Under the pieces are notes generated by a model. It was not told the DNA's origin. It made no database searches and worked only from the letters and a program-made list of their open reading frames with translations. A DNA stretch of 32,000 nucleotides, taken from assembly GCF_000012905.2 (NCBI RefSeq), contig NC_007493.2:480001-512000 (forward strand), written 5' to 3'. The stretch's first letter is position 1. Each line of letters opens with the position of its first letter. Position numbers and translations under genes: made by a program. Of this stretch, positions 7,909-17,364 are shown piece after piece. The DNA is from Cereibacter sphaeroides 2.4.1 (GTDB lineage: Bacteria; Pseudomonadota; Alphaproteobacteria; Rhodobacterales; Rhodobacteraceae).

Positions 7909-8868
7909 TCAGGGCGTGATGACGACCTTGCCCGTGGCCTGCCGCGTGCGGAGCAGCTCCAGCCCCTCGGCCGCCCGCTCGAGGGGCAGCTCATGGCTCA
8001 CATGCGGCCGCAGGCTGCCGTCGGCGAGCCATCCAAGCAGCGTCTCGAGGCTGCGGATCAGCACCTGCGGCGCAAAGGTCATGTAGCCGCCCCAGTAGAG
8101 GCCGATCACGCTCAGGTTCTTCACCAGAAGCAGGTTGGCCGGCACCTGCGGGACATCGCCGCCGGCAAAGCCGATGGCAAGCAGCCGCCCCTCTGGGCGC
8201 GAGGCGCGCAGCGCCGCGTCGAAGCCCGCGCCGCCTACCGTATCGTAGGTGACATCGATCCCGCCCAGCGCCTTCAGCACGCCCTTGAGATCCTCCGTCT
8301 CGCTGTCGATCGCCTCGTGGGCCCCGGCGGCCCGCGCCACCGCCAGCCGCTCCTCGCCCCGGGCCGTGGCGATCACATGCGCCCCCATCCGCCGTCCGAT
8401 CTCGACCGCGGCCAGCCCCACGCCGCCCGCGGCCCCGGTGACGAGCAGCCGCTCGCCCGGCTGCAGCCGGGCGCGGTGGTCGAGGGCGAGATGGCCGGTG
8501 CCGTAAGCGATCTGGAAGGCCGCCGCATCGCGGAAGCTCACGCTGTCGGGCAGGGGCAGGCAGCGGCCCGCGGGCCAGCAGCCGAACTCGGCGAGGCCCC
8601 CGCAGGAGCCGAAGGCCGCGACGCGCGTGCCGGGGGCCGGGCCGCTCACGCCCTCGCCCAGCGCATCCACGATGCCCGCGACCTCCATGCCCAGCGTCAG
8701 CGGCAGGGGAGGGCGCTCCTGATAGCGACCCTGGATCATGAGGAGATCCGCGAAGTTGAGCGCACAGGCGGCAATGCGCAGCCGGATCTCGCCGGGGCCC
8801 GGCTCGGGCAGGGGGTCTTCAGTCAGGTCCGGCGCGAGGCCGGTCTCTCTCAAACGGAAAGCGCGCAT
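7909..8868 (-). CDS. NADPH:quinone oxidoreductase family protein (medium-chain dehydrogenase/reductase, zeta-crystallin-like)
   Basis: MRAFRL...PGPGEIRLRIAACALNFADLLMIQGRYQ...LGMEVAGIV and the Rossmann motif LVTGAAGGVGLAAVEIG. The start is set at ATG 8868. The upstream 80 codons of the track ORF run into AT-rich intergenic DNA. Confidence 0.85.
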   Translation of the reverse strand: MRAFRLRETGLAPDLTEDPLPEPGPGEIRLRIAACALNFADLLMIQGRYQERPPLPLTLGMEVAGIVDALGEGVSGPAPGTRVAAFGSCGGLAEFGCWPAGRCLPLPDSVSFRDAAAFQIAYGTGHLALDHRARLQPGERLLVTGAAGGVGLAAVEIGRRMGAHVIATARGEERLAVARAAGAHEAIDSETEDLKGVLKALGGIDVTYDTVGGAGFDAALRASRPEGRLLAIGFAGGDVPQVPANLLLVKNLSVIGLYWGGYMTFAPQVLIRSLETLLGWLADGSLRPHVSHELPLERAAEGLELLRTRQATGKVVITP

Positions 8869-8958
8869 GGACGGATCAGGACCTCTCGTCGGGAAAAGCG
8901 CGCCGAACTTCAGCATCCCGGGCCGGTTTCCGCCAGCCCCCTCCCGAATATTCGCGAC

Positions 8959-9008
8959 TTGCAAAGTTTCGGCGGCGAATTCGCTGCAAATTGCATTGCA
9001 GAATGCAA
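8959..9008. promoter_or_regulatory. cluster of TTGCA/TGCAA palindromes (candidate operator array)
   Basis: TTGCAA (8959), TGCAA-A-TTGCA (8985-8995) and the 18-bp dyad TTGCATT-GCAG-AATGCAA (8991-9008). CGAATTCG and TCGCGA palindromes are nearby. All lie in the divergent qor-like / XRE intergenic region. Confidence 0.4.
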
Positions 9009-9110
9009 AAGACCTCAGAGGCGAGTGACGTGTCTCCCGTGCTCCCGAGGGATGATCCACAGCGGCGGACGCCGAACGAACCCAGCTTGTATGAATGGAC
9101 ATATCCAAAA

Positions 9111-9136
9111 AGACAGGTTTGTTTCAAGACAAGTTT
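9111..9136 (+). repeat. direct repeat AGACAGGTTT / AGACAAGTTT, 16-bp register
   Basis: Copies at 9111-9120 and 9127-9136, flanked by A5 and T5 runs, about 100 nt upstream of the XRE regulator start. Confidence 0.35.
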
Positions 9137-9228
9137 TTCTGGATGGAATTGGACGTCGAGCGGGGTTTTGGCACACAATATGCTTGTTATCCGGGCAGGG
9201 ACAGCTGGAAGATTTACGGAGACATTTC

Positions 9229-9591
9229 ATGAAACATCCCGTCGACGCCCACGTTGGCAAACGCATCCGCCACCGCCGGTGGATGGTGGGCATGACGCAG
9301 CAGCAACTGGCTGATTGCGTGGGCATCAAGTTCCAGCAGATCCAGAAATACGAGACCGGCATGAACCGCGTCAGCGCTTCCCGCCTGTGGGACATCGCCG
9401 AGGCTCTGGGCGTGTCGATCAGCTTCTTCTTCGAAGGTCTCGAAGGTGCCGGCGATCAGGCCCGCCAGGCCGAGGGCGACCGCATCACCGACAAGGAAGC
9501 CCTCGAACTGGTCCGCTCCTACTATGCGATCCCCGAGGCGCAGCGCCGCCGGCTGTTCGACCTCGCGCGTGTGCTTTCCGAAGCCGCCTAG
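9229..9591 (+). CDS. XRE family helix-turn-helix transcriptional regulator (PraR/PhrR-like alphaproteobacterial type)
   Basis: HTH_3 pattern VGKRIRHRRWMVGMTQQQLADCVGIKFQQIQKYETGMNRVSASRLWDIAEALGVSISFFF. 120 aa from ATG 9229. The rest of the 594-aa track ORF is shadow frame. Confidence 0.85.
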   Translation: MKHPVDAHVGKRIRHRRWMVGMTQQQLADCVGIKFQQIQKYETGMNRVSASRLWDIAEALGVSISFFFEGLEGAGDQARQAEGDRITDKEALELVRSYYAIPEAQRRRLFDLARVLSEAA

Positions 9592-9679
9592 CTCGATGAC
9601 TGAGCGGGTGTGCCTCTCCGGCCGCCGCGCTTGACCCTGACCGCCCCGCAGGCTACGCGCGGGGCGCAGGAGGGCCGGG

Positions 9680-10480
9680 ATGCAGATGCTCACCGATCGC
9701 GAGACCGCCGACATCATCGACACCGCGGCAGAGATGGCCGCGGCTGCCCGAGACGCCACGCTGCTTCATTTCCGCAGCAGGGGCCTCTCGGCGGATACCA
9801 AGGAAGCCGACAGGTTCGATCCCGTGACCGTGGCCGACCGGCTGTGCGAAGAGCGCATGCGCGCCATCCTCGCGCGGCGGCGTCCGCGGGACGGTATCCT
9901 CGGCGAGGAAATGGGCGTGCAGGCCGGCGACAGCGGCCTCACCTGGGTGCTCGATCCGATCGACGGGACGCGCTCCTACCTGTGCGGAACGCCGACCTGG
10001 GGCGTGCTGATCTCGGTCGCGGATGCCAGCGGGCCGATCTACGGCCTGATCGACCAGCCCTATATCGGCGAGCGGTTCGAGGGCGGCTTCGGCCTCGCCC
10101 GCGTGCGCGGCCCGAGGGGCGAAGACCGGCTGGCCACGCGCGCGGCGCGGGCCCTGTCCGAGGCGATCCTCATGTCGACCTTCCCCGAAGTAGGCACCGC
10201 CGAGGAAGAAGCCGCCTTCCGTCGCCTCTCGCGGCAGGTCAGGCTGACGCGCTACGGCACCGACTGCTACGCCTATGCCCTGCTGGCCGCGGGACAGATC
10301 GACCTCGTCGTGGAAGCGGGCCTGCAGCCCTATGACGTGCAGGCGCCCATGGCGGTGATCGAGGCCGCGGGCGGCCTCATGACCGACTGGGAGGGGCGCC
10401 GGAACCCGCAGGGCGGGCGTGTGATCGCCGCGTCCTGCCCCGAGGTTCATGCCGCAGCGCTCGAGATCCTGCGGGGGTGA
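9680..10480 (+). CDS. inositol monophosphatase family protein (possibly HisN-type histidinol-phosphatase)
   Basis: IMPase motifs GEE (ILGEEMG), WVLDPIDGTRSY and WGVLISV, plus a C-terminal WD/DxxA region. AGGAGGG RBS lies 5 nt upstream of the ATG. Confidence 0.8.
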   Translation: MQMLTDRETADIIDTAAEMAAAARDATLLHFRSRGLSADTKEADRFDPVTVADRLCEERMRAILARRRPRDGILGEEMGVQAGDSGLTWVLDPIDGTRSYLCGTPTWGVLISVADASGPIYGLIDQPYIGERFEGGFGLARVRGPRGEDRLATRAARALSEAILMSTFPEVGTAEEEAAFRRLSRQVRLTRYGTDCYAYALLAAGQIDLVVEAGLQPYDVQAPMAVIEAAGGLMTDWEGRRNPQGGRVIAASCPEVHAAALEILRG

Positions 10481-10798
10481 CGCCAGCCGCTCCGCTGGAG
10501 CGGGCGCAGGTCTCGCAGACAGGCTCGGTCTCTGGCTGCACGGTCAGGTCTCGCGAAGATCGCGGGCGCAAAGCTCCATCGCTTCCCCTTCGACATCCGC
10601 GACCGACGGCGACCCCTTTCGCCCACGTCACGGCCGCTTGCAGCGCCGCAGGCGGTAAAGCAGCATCCGACCAGATCCCTCCGCGGGGTCTGGACCTCGG
10701 ACCCGGAGTCCTTCATCCTCGCCCCGTTCCACCATAAGCCGAGACCGAGCAGATCGCCTCTCGGCCAGAAGGGCGCAGAGCCCCGCGAGGAGGCAGGT

Positions 10799-11308
10799 TT
10801 GGCGACGAGACTTCTCCGGATATCGATCCGTCTGGTCCTCTGCACGGCCCCGGCGCTCCTGCTGCTGGGATGCGGCCTCTTCCATCGTCCGAGCGATCTG
10901 GAATGCATGGAGCGGGCCATGTATTTCGAATCGCACCGCTCGAGCCGGGACGGAATGGTGGCGGTGGGCACGGTGGTGATGAACCGCGTGAACTCCGGCC
11001 AGTTTCCGAACACCGTCTGCGGCGTTGTGGGCCAGCGCAACCAGTTCGCGCCGGGCGTGATGTCGAAGCGGATGGACTCGCGCTCGCTGCCCCGGGTGCG
11101 CGAGGCCGCGCGGGCCGTTCTGCGGGGCGAGCGGCATCCGTTCGTGGGCAATGCAATGTTCTTTCACACGGCGGGGCACCGCTTTCCCTATGACAACATG
11201 CATTACACGCTCGTGACCGGCGGCAATGCCTTCTACGAGAAGCGCCGGAGCGAGCTCGTGACCCAGCCGGTGCCGCCGCCGCCGGTCGACGGGCTGACCG
11301 GCTGGTAG
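10799..11308 (+). CDS. SleB-like cell wall hydrolase (Hydrolase_2 family) lipoprotein
   Basis: Lipobox LLLLGC. The core reads MERAMYFESHRSSRDGMVAVGTVVMNRVNSGQFPNTVCGVVGQRNQFAPG...AMFFHTAG. TTG start is preceded by GAGGAGG. Confidence 0.8.
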   Translation: MATRLLRISIRLVLCTAPALLLLGCGLFHRPSDLECMERAMYFESHRSSRDGMVAVGTVVMNRVNSGQFPNTVCGVVGQRNQFAPGVMSKRMDSRSLPRVREAARAVLRGERHPFVGNAMFFHTAGHRFPYDNMHYTLVTGGNAFYEKRRSELVTQPVPPPPVDGLTGW

Positions 11309-11607
11309 GGGAAAGGGCCTCACTGCCGGGCCGCCATTCGCGAAGCGTGAATGACAGGCCGCGGAGCCGAGCCCTCCCGCATCGCCTCCGGGATTCAAGC
11401 GTCTGCCGATCAGCGGGACGCGGAGGCGCCGCGGGGGAGTGGGGCCGCCGCTGGATCAGGAAGCCGCGCACGAGACCGGCCGCAGGAGGACAATCCGGGG
11501 CCCGATGCACCGCCTTCGCCGGCAAAATCCCGCGAAAACCCCGTCTGGAAGAGGAAAAAGGTCGGGAAGGGGTTGGAAGTCCGGGCAAAGGCACTCTTTC
11601 ATGCGGC

Positions 11608-13971
11608 ATGACCCGACTGTTCCGAACGCTTGCCGCCCCGCTGCTTCTCGCGCTGACGCTTTTCCTCGGCTCGACGATCGCCTTTCTCCCCGCCTATGCG
11701 CAGACCGCGCTCTTGCCCGGCTCCGGGGCAGAAGAGCCCGCCGCGCCCACTTCGGCCGCCACGCTGCTCGACCTCTTGCGCAACGATCAGGCGCGGGCGG
11801 AGCTCATCGCCGAACTGGAACGTGTCGCCGCCGCGGGTGAGCCTGCGACGCCCGCAGTGAGTGCGCCCTCCGACGAGATCCTCTCCTTCGGCAGGTCGGC
11901 GGCCCTCTTCACCCAGGAGGCGGCGGAGTCGGTTGCGACCAGTGTCCGGGGCCTCTGGGATGCGCTCAAGGCCTCGCCCGAGCTGTTCGCGGGGCTCTCG
12001 CGGCTCGATCTGGGCGTGCTCGGCGATGCGCTGATCGAGCTTCTGCTGCTGATCGTGGCCACGGCGGCGATCTTCAACCTGCTGCGCCGGGCGGTCATTC
12101 CCACCTACCGCCGCATGGGGCAGCGGGCGCGCTCCGCCGGGGTCGTGAAGCGCATCCTGCTCTATGTCGGGGCGCTCGCCCTCGACGTGCTGATCGTGGT
12201 GGGCGCCTGGGCCATCGGCTATGTGCTGGCCATCGCGGTGATCGGCAGCGCCGGACAGATCGGCCTGCGCCAGACGCTCTATCTCAACGCCTTCCTCGCG
12301 GTCGAACTCCTGCGCACCGCCATGCGGTTCGTCCTGTCGCCCTCGACGGGCGATCTGCGGATCGTCGCGCTGCGTGACCGTCCGGCGCGCTATCTCTCGG
12401 CCGCGATGAGCTTCAGCATCGCGCTTCTGGGCTACGGGCAGCTCCTGATCGTGCCGATCGTCGAGGAAAGCACCTCGCGCGCCGCAGGCCGCGGCGTCTC
12501 GGCGCTGATCTCGGTGATCGGCGTGCTCTTCGTGGCCTTCCTCGTGGTCCGCAACCGCAAGGCCGTGGCCGAATGGCTCCTGCGCGAGACCCAGCCGGTC
12601 TCGGCCCGCCATGTCGCGGCCGAGCCCCCCGCGCCGCCGGTGGTGACGACACAGGAGATCGATCCCGACCTCGCCGCCGACATCGCGGCGGGCAGGGCCG
12701 ATGCGCCGCCCCCGCCCGAGGCGGAGCCGGTGAAGGTCACCCCGGAGCCGCATCCCCGCGTGCGGCGCTCGCCCGCCCTCGTGGCGCTGGCGCAGTCCTG
12801 GCACTGGTTCGCGCTGGCCTATCTGGCCGTGATCCTCGTCCTGTCTCTGGTGAGCCCGGGCGGCGACGCGATGGGGCCGACCTTCGCCTCGCTGCGGATC
12901 GCGGCCGTCTTCGTGGTGGGCTTCTTCCTGTCGGGCGCGCTCGCCCGCGCCATCACGCGCGGCGTCCGCCTGCCGGCCACGGCGAACGAGCGGCTGCCGC
13001 TGCTCGAGCGGCGCTTGAACCGCTTCGTGCCGCAGGCGCTTCTGGTGCTGCGGCTCCTGATCGTGGCGGCGGTGCTCTTCTTCACGCTCCACACCATCGG
13101 CCTCATCGATGTGGGCACCTGGCTCGAGAGCCAGCTCGGACGGCGGCTGATCGGCACGCTGATCGCGGTCTCGGCCATCCTCGCCGTGGCCTTCGCGATC
13201 TGGATCGCGCTCTCCTCCTGGATCGACTACCGGCTGAACCCGGCCTTCGGCCATGTCGCGACCTCGCGCGAGCAGACGCTGCTGTCGCTTCTGCGCAATG
13301 CGGCGACCATCGCGCTCGTGGTCATCACGCTGATGTTCTGCCTGTCCGAGATCGGGCTCAACATCGGCCCGCTTCTGGCTTCCGCCGGGGTGCTGGGCCT
13401 CGCCATCGGTTTCGGCGCCCAGAAGCTGGTGCAGGACATCATCACCGGGATCTTCATCCAGTTCGAGAATGCCATCAACGTGGGCGACGTGGTGACGGTG
13501 GCCGGCACCTCGGGCGTGGTCGAGCGGCTGACCGTCCGTTCGGTCAGCCTGCGCGACCTGAACGGGGTCTTCCACATCATCCCCTTCTCGTCCGTGGACA
13601 TGGTCTCGAACTTCATGCGGGACTTCTCGTTCTTCGTCTGCGACATGGGCGTGGCCTACCGCGAGGACGTGACCGAGGTCCGCGCCGCCATGTTCGATGC
13701 GTTCGAGGAGCTGCGCCGCCGGCCCGAACATGCGGCCGTGATCCTTGCCGACCTCGAATGGCTGGGGCTCGATTCCTTCGGCGACAGCGCGGTCATCCTG
13801 CGCGCCCGGATCAAGACCCTGCCGGGCAAGCAATGGGGCGTCGGCCGCGCCTACAACGAGATCCTGAAGCGCATCTTCGACGAGCGCGACATCGAGATCC
13901 CGTTCCCGCATCAGACGATCTATTTCGGCCAGCCGAAGCAGGGCCAGATCCCGCCGCAGCCGGAGAGCTGA
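11608..13971 (+). CDS. large mechanosensitive ion channel family protein (MscS domain, MscK/MscM-like architecture)
   Basis: Signal peptide MTRLFRTLAAPLLLALTLFLGSTIAFLPAYAQ, a periplasmic N-domain and multiple TM helices. The C-terminal MscS core reads GVLGLAIGFGAQKLVQDIITGIFIQFENAINVGDVVTV...VERLTVRSVSLRDLNG. ATG 11608; the upstream part of the track ORF is R/G-rich. 787 aa. Confidence 0.85.
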   Translation: MTRLFRTLAAPLLLALTLFLGSTIAFLPAYAQTALLPGSGAEEPAAPTSAATLLDLLRNDQARAELIAELERVAAAGEPATPAVSAPSDEILSFGRSAALFTQEAAESVATSVRGLWDALKASPELFAGLSRLDLGVLGDALIELLLLIVATAAIFNLLRRAVIPTYRRMGQRARSAGVVKRILLYVGALALDVLIVVGAWAIGYVLAIAVIGSAGQIGLRQTLYLNAFLAVELLRTAMRFVLSPSTGDLRIVALRDRPARYLSAAMSFSIALLGYGQLLIVPIVEESTSRAAGRGVSALISVIGVLFVAFLVVRNRKAVAEWLLRETQPVSARHVAAEPPAPPVVTTQEIDPDLAADIAAGRADAPPPPEAEPVKVTPEPHPRVRRSPALVALAQSWHWFALAYLAVILVLSLVSPGGDAMGPTFASLRIAAVFVVGFFLSGALARAITRGVRLPATANERLPLLERRLNRFVPQALLVLRLLIVAAVLFFTLHTIGLIDVGTWLESQLGRRLIGTLIAVSAILAVAFAIWIALSSWIDYRLNPAFGHVATSREQTLLSLLRNAATIALVVITLMFCLSEIGLNIGPLLASAGVLGLAIGFGAQKLVQDIITGIFIQFENAINVGDVVTVAGTSGVVERLTVRSVSLRDLNGVFHIIPFSSVDMVSNFMRDFSFFVCDMGVAYREDVTEVRAAMFDAFEELRRRPEHAAVILADLEWLGLDSFGDSAVILRARIKTLPGKQWGVGRAYNEILKRIFDERDIEIPFPHQTIYFGQPKQGQIPPQPES

Positions 13972-13984
13972 AGGGGGGAGAGCA

Positions 13985-14008
13985 GGGGCCGCGCCTCTCG
14001 GCGCGGCC
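13985..14008. terminator. bidirectional terminator hairpin between convergent genes
   Basis: Perfect 10-bp stem GGGCCGCGCC / GGCGCGGCCC with loop TCTC, within the 43-nt gap between the stops at 13971 and 14015. No clear U-tract. Confidence 0.5.
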
Positions 14009-14014
14009 CGCCGG

Positions 14015-15301
14015 TCAGCCGCGGGGCGCGGGCGCGCCGTTCACCCAGACCGCCCGGATCGCGCGGTCGTCGCCCATCATGATGGTGGGAAACAGCGCCT
14101 GCCAGATCGTCTCGGCCCGACCCGTGGCCTGAGCGATGGCCGGGGTCGAGGCGAGGTCCACCACCACGAGATCGGCCTCCATGCCGGGCGCGAGATTGCC
14201 GATCCGGTCCTCGGCCCGAAGCGCCCGCGCCGAGCCTGCCGTGGCGAGCCACCAGAGCTGCGCCGGATGCAGCGCCTGCCCGCGCAGCTGGCCGATCTCG
14301 TAGGCCGCGGCCATGGTGCGCAGCATCGAGAAGGACGAGCCGCCGCCGGTATCGGTGGCCAGACCCACCCGGATCCCCTCGGCCACGAGGCCCATGTCGA
14401 AGAGCCCCGAGCCGATGAAGGTGTTCGAGGTCGGGCAATGGACGAGGCTCGCGCCCGCCTCGGCCAGCCGCGCCCGCTCGCGCGGGGCGAGGTGGATCGC
14501 ATGGCCGAAGACGGCCCCCTCGCGCAACAGCCCCTGTGCCTCGTAGGTGTCGAGATAGTCGCGCGCCTGCGGATGCAGCGCCTTCACCCATTCGATCTCG
14601 TCGAGCTGCTCGGAGAGGTGGGTCTGCATCAGGCAATCGGGATGCTCGCGCCAGAGCGCCCCCAGCGCCGCGAGCTGCTCGGGCGTCGAGGTGGGCGAGA
14701 AGCGGGGCGTGATGACATAGGAGAGCCGGCCCTGCCCATGCCATCTCTCGAGCAGCCGCTTGCTGTCGGCATAGGCGCTCTCGGCCGTGTCGCGCAGCCC
14801 CTCGGGCGCGTTGCGATCCATGCAGGTCTTGCCCGCATAGGCCCGCAAGCCCCGCGCCGCCGCCGCCTCGAAGAAGGCGTCCACGCTCTCGGGATGGATG
14901 GTGGCATAGCTGCAGACGGTGGTCGTGCCATGGGCGAGGGTCAGGTCGAGGTAGCGGCCCGAGATCTCGGCGGCATAAGCGGGATCGCCGAAGCGCATCT
15001 CCTCGGGGAAGGTGTAGGTCTCGAGCCAGTCGATCAGCCGCTTGCCCCAGCTCGCGATGATGGCGGTCTGCGGATAGTGCACATGGGCATCGATGAAGCC
15101 CGCCGAGATCAGCGCCTGCCCGTAATCGGTCACCCGCGCGCGGGGATGGGCCGCGCGCAGCGCCTCGGCCGAACCCACGGCGGCGATGCGCCCGTCCTCC
15201 ACCAGAACGGCGCCGTGGCTCTCGTGGCGCGCCGCGGCCTCGCCCTCAAGGAACGGATCGGCCGTGAAGGACAGCACCTGTCCGAGGAGCAGGTCGGTCA
15301 T
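14015..15301 (-). CDS. guaD: guanine deaminase
   Basis: Amidohydrolase metal ligands IDAHVHYPQ. Also WLETYTFPEE, THLSEQLDEIEWV, GHAIHL, VHCPTSN and LATDTGGG, which are characteristic of guanine deaminase. ATG 15301 is preceded by GGGAGA. 428 aa. Confidence 0.9.
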   Translation of the reverse strand: MTDLLLGQVLSFTADPFLEGEAAARHESHGAVLVEDGRIAAVGSAEALRAAHPRARVTDYGQALISAGFIDAHVHYPQTAIIASWGKRLIDWLETYTFPEEMRFGDPAYAAEISGRYLDLTLAHGTTTVCSYATIHPESVDAFFEAAAARGLRAYAGKTCMDRNAPEGLRDTAESAYADSKRLLERWHGQGRLSYVITPRFSPTSTPEQLAALGALWREHPDCLMQTHLSEQLDEIEWVKALHPQARDYLDTYEAQGLLREGAVFGHAIHLAPRERARLAEAGASLVHCPTSNTFIGSGLFDMGLVAEGIRVGLATDTGGGSSFSMLRTMAAAYEIGQLRGQALHPAQLWWLATAGSARALRAEDRIGNLAPGMEADLVVVDLASTPAIAQATGRAETIWQALFPTIMMGDDRAIRAVWVNGAPAPRG

Positions 15302-15414
15302 GGCAGGGTCTCCCATCTGCTGAAGCGCTCCAACCTAGCCCCTTTTCGAGGCAGGGTAAATTTCCTGCCGCCCCTGTTTCTGCGCCGCATCCTTCGGTAT
15401 GGTCCCTGCGACAG

Positions 15415-16812
15415 TTGAGCGGGGGCGCCATATTGCAGGTCGAGACGGGCGATACGCGCGAGGAAGAGCGGTCGGGCGTGCCCGACCGGGTGGTGGATTC
15501 GGTCCTCGAAGCGGTCGAGGAGCGGGATGAGGCGCGCCTGTCCGACCTGCTCGAGCCGTTGCATGCCGCCGATATTGCCGACGTCCTCGAGCAGATCGGC
15601 TCGGCCGAGCGGCGCGAGCTGCTCACGCTCTGGTCGGGCGGGATCGACGGCGAGATCCTCTCCGAGATCAGCGACTCGATCCGCGAGGAGGTGATCGAGC
15701 ACCTGCCGCCCGAGGTCATCGCCGAGGCGGTGCGCGAGCTCGATACCGACGATGTGGTCGACATCCTCGAGGATCTGGAGGAGCCGCAGCAGGAGGCGAT
15801 CCTCGGCGCCCTCGACCGGGCCGACCGGGTGGCGGTCGAGCAGGCCATGGCCTATCCGGAATATTCCGCGGGCCGCCTCATGCAACGCGAGGTGGTGGTC
15901 GCGCCGGTCCACTGGACGGTGGGCGAGACCATCGACTTCCTGCGCGAGACCGAAGAGCTGCCGGACCAGTTCTACCACGTCATCCTCGTCGATCCGCGGA
16001 TGAAGCCCGCGGGCTATGTCACGCTGGGCCGGCTGCTTTCGTCGCGCCGCGACGTGAAGCTCACCGCCATCGAGGAGGAGAGCTTCCGCACCATCCGCGC
16101 GACAATGGCCGAATCCGAGGTGGCCTATATCTTCAACCAGTACCACCTGATCTCCTGCCCGGTGGTGGACGAGAACGACCGGCTGGTGGGGATCGTGACC
16201 ATCGACGACGCGATGAACGTGCTCGACGAGGAGCACGAGGAGGATATCCTCCGCCTCGCAGGCGTCGGCGACGAAAGCAGCCTGTCCGACGGCCCCTTCG
16301 CCACCGCCCGCCAGAGGCTGCCGTGGCTCGCCGCGAACCTCTTCACCGCCTCGCTCTCGGCGCTGGTGATCTCGGCGTTCGAATCGACCATCGCCCAGCT
16401 CGTGACGCTGGCGGCGCTCATGCCGATCGTGGCCTCGACGGGCGGGATCGCGGGCACCCAGTCGCTCGCGGTGGCGGTGCGCGCGCTGGCCACCCGCGAC
16501 CTCACCTCGGCCAACGCCCCCCGCGTGGTGCGGCGCGAGCTGTTCGCGGGGCTCCTGAACGGGATCGGGCTGGCGCTCATCCTCGGGCTCGCGGGCTTCG
16601 TGATCTTCGGCGATCCGGTGCTGGGCGCGGTTCTCGGCATGGCGATGATCTGCAATCAGGTGGTGGCGGCCCTGGGCGGGGTCCTGGTGCCGCTCGGCCT
16701 CAACCGGCTGGGCCTCGACCCGGCGCTCGCCTCGGGCACCTTCGTGACCACGCTCACCGACGTGATGGGCTTCTTCGCCTTCCTCGGCCTCGCCAGTCTG
16801 GTGCTGATATGA
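15415..16812 (+). CDS. mgtE: magnesium transporter MgtE
   Basis: MgtE N-domain (LHAADIADVLEQI), tandem CBS domains and a C-terminal TM domain (MPIVASTGGIAGTQS...TTLTDVMGFFAFLGLA). The exact start (TTG 15415) is uncertain. Confidence 0.9.
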   Translation: MSGGAILQVETGDTREEERSGVPDRVVDSVLEAVEERDEARLSDLLEPLHAADIADVLEQIGSAERRELLTLWSGGIDGEILSEISDSIREEVIEHLPPEVIAEAVRELDTDDVVDILEDLEEPQQEAILGALDRADRVAVEQAMAYPEYSAGRLMQREVVVAPVHWTVGETIDFLRETEELPDQFYHVILVDPRMKPAGYVTLGRLLSSRRDVKLTAIEEESFRTIRATMAESEVAYIFNQYHLISCPVVDENDRLVGIVTIDDAMNVLDEEHEEDILRLAGVGDESSLSDGPFATARQRLPWLAANLFTASLSALVISAFESTIAQLVTLAALMPIVASTGGIAGTQSLAVAVRALATRDLTSANAPRVVRRELFAGLLNGIGLALILGLAGFVIFGDPVLGAVLGMAMICNQVVAALGGVLVPLGLNRLGLDPALASGTFVTTLTDVMGFFAFLGLASLVLI

Positions 16813-17363
16813 CGGTCGCCGCGCTGAAGGCCGAGGCACGCCGCGCCGCCGGCGCCGCCCGGGCGCTTGCGCACAAGGCGGGGCAGGGGCAGGCGGCCGA
16901 GCTTCTGGCCGACTGGCTCGTGCCCCATCGCGGGCGGGTTCTGTCGGGATACATGCCGATCCGGTCCGAGATCGACCCGCTCCCGGCGATGGCGGCCCAC
17001 GACGGGCCGGTCTGCGTGCCGGTCATCGTGGCCCCCGGCGAGCCGCTGCGCTTTCGCGAATGGAGCCCGGGCTGCGCCATGGTCGACGGCCCGTTCGGCG
17101 CGCGGGTGCCCGAAGACGGCGCCTGGCTCGACCCCGAGGTGCTGATCGTGCCGCTTATGGCCTTCGACAGGCGCGGCTTCCGTCTGGGCTACGGCGGCGG
17201 CTTCTACGACCGGACGCTCGAGCGGCTGCGCGCGCGTCACCCGGTCACGGCTGTGGGCTTCGCCTTTACCGCGCAGGAACTGCCCGAGGTGCCGATCGAT
17301 GCCACCGATCAGCCGCTCGACGCGATCCTGACCGAGATCGGCCCCATCCCCCTCCGGCGCTGA
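16809..17363 (+). CDS. 5-formyltetrahydrofolate cyclo-ligase
   Basis: Family motifs LDPEVLIVPLMAFDRRGFRLGYGGGFYDRTL. The ATG overlaps the mgtE stop (ATGA, 16809-16812). 184 aa. Confidence 0.85.
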   Translation: MTVAALKAEARRAAGAARALAHKAGQGQAAELLADWLVPHRGRVLSGYMPIRSEIDPLPAMAAHDGPVCVPVIVAPGEPLRFREWSPGCAMVDGPFGARVPEDGAWLDPEVLIVPLMAFDRRGFRLGYGGGFYDRTLERLRARHPVTAVGFAFTAQELPEVPIDATDQPLDAILTEIGPIPLRR

Positions 17364-17364
17364 C

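Noticed and set aside
10481-10798. Possible missed gene or RNA in the 318-bp (10481-10798) and 299-bp (11309-11607) GC-rich intergenic regions flanking the SleB-like gene.
   Set aside because: The ORFs there (for example 10477..10737 and 11351..11611) translate to low-complexity R/P/G/A-rich peptides without start-site support. I could not recognise a tRNA cloverleaf, a riboswitch or a terminator-bounded RNA. Only the GGTCTC repeats were kept, as a low-interest finding.
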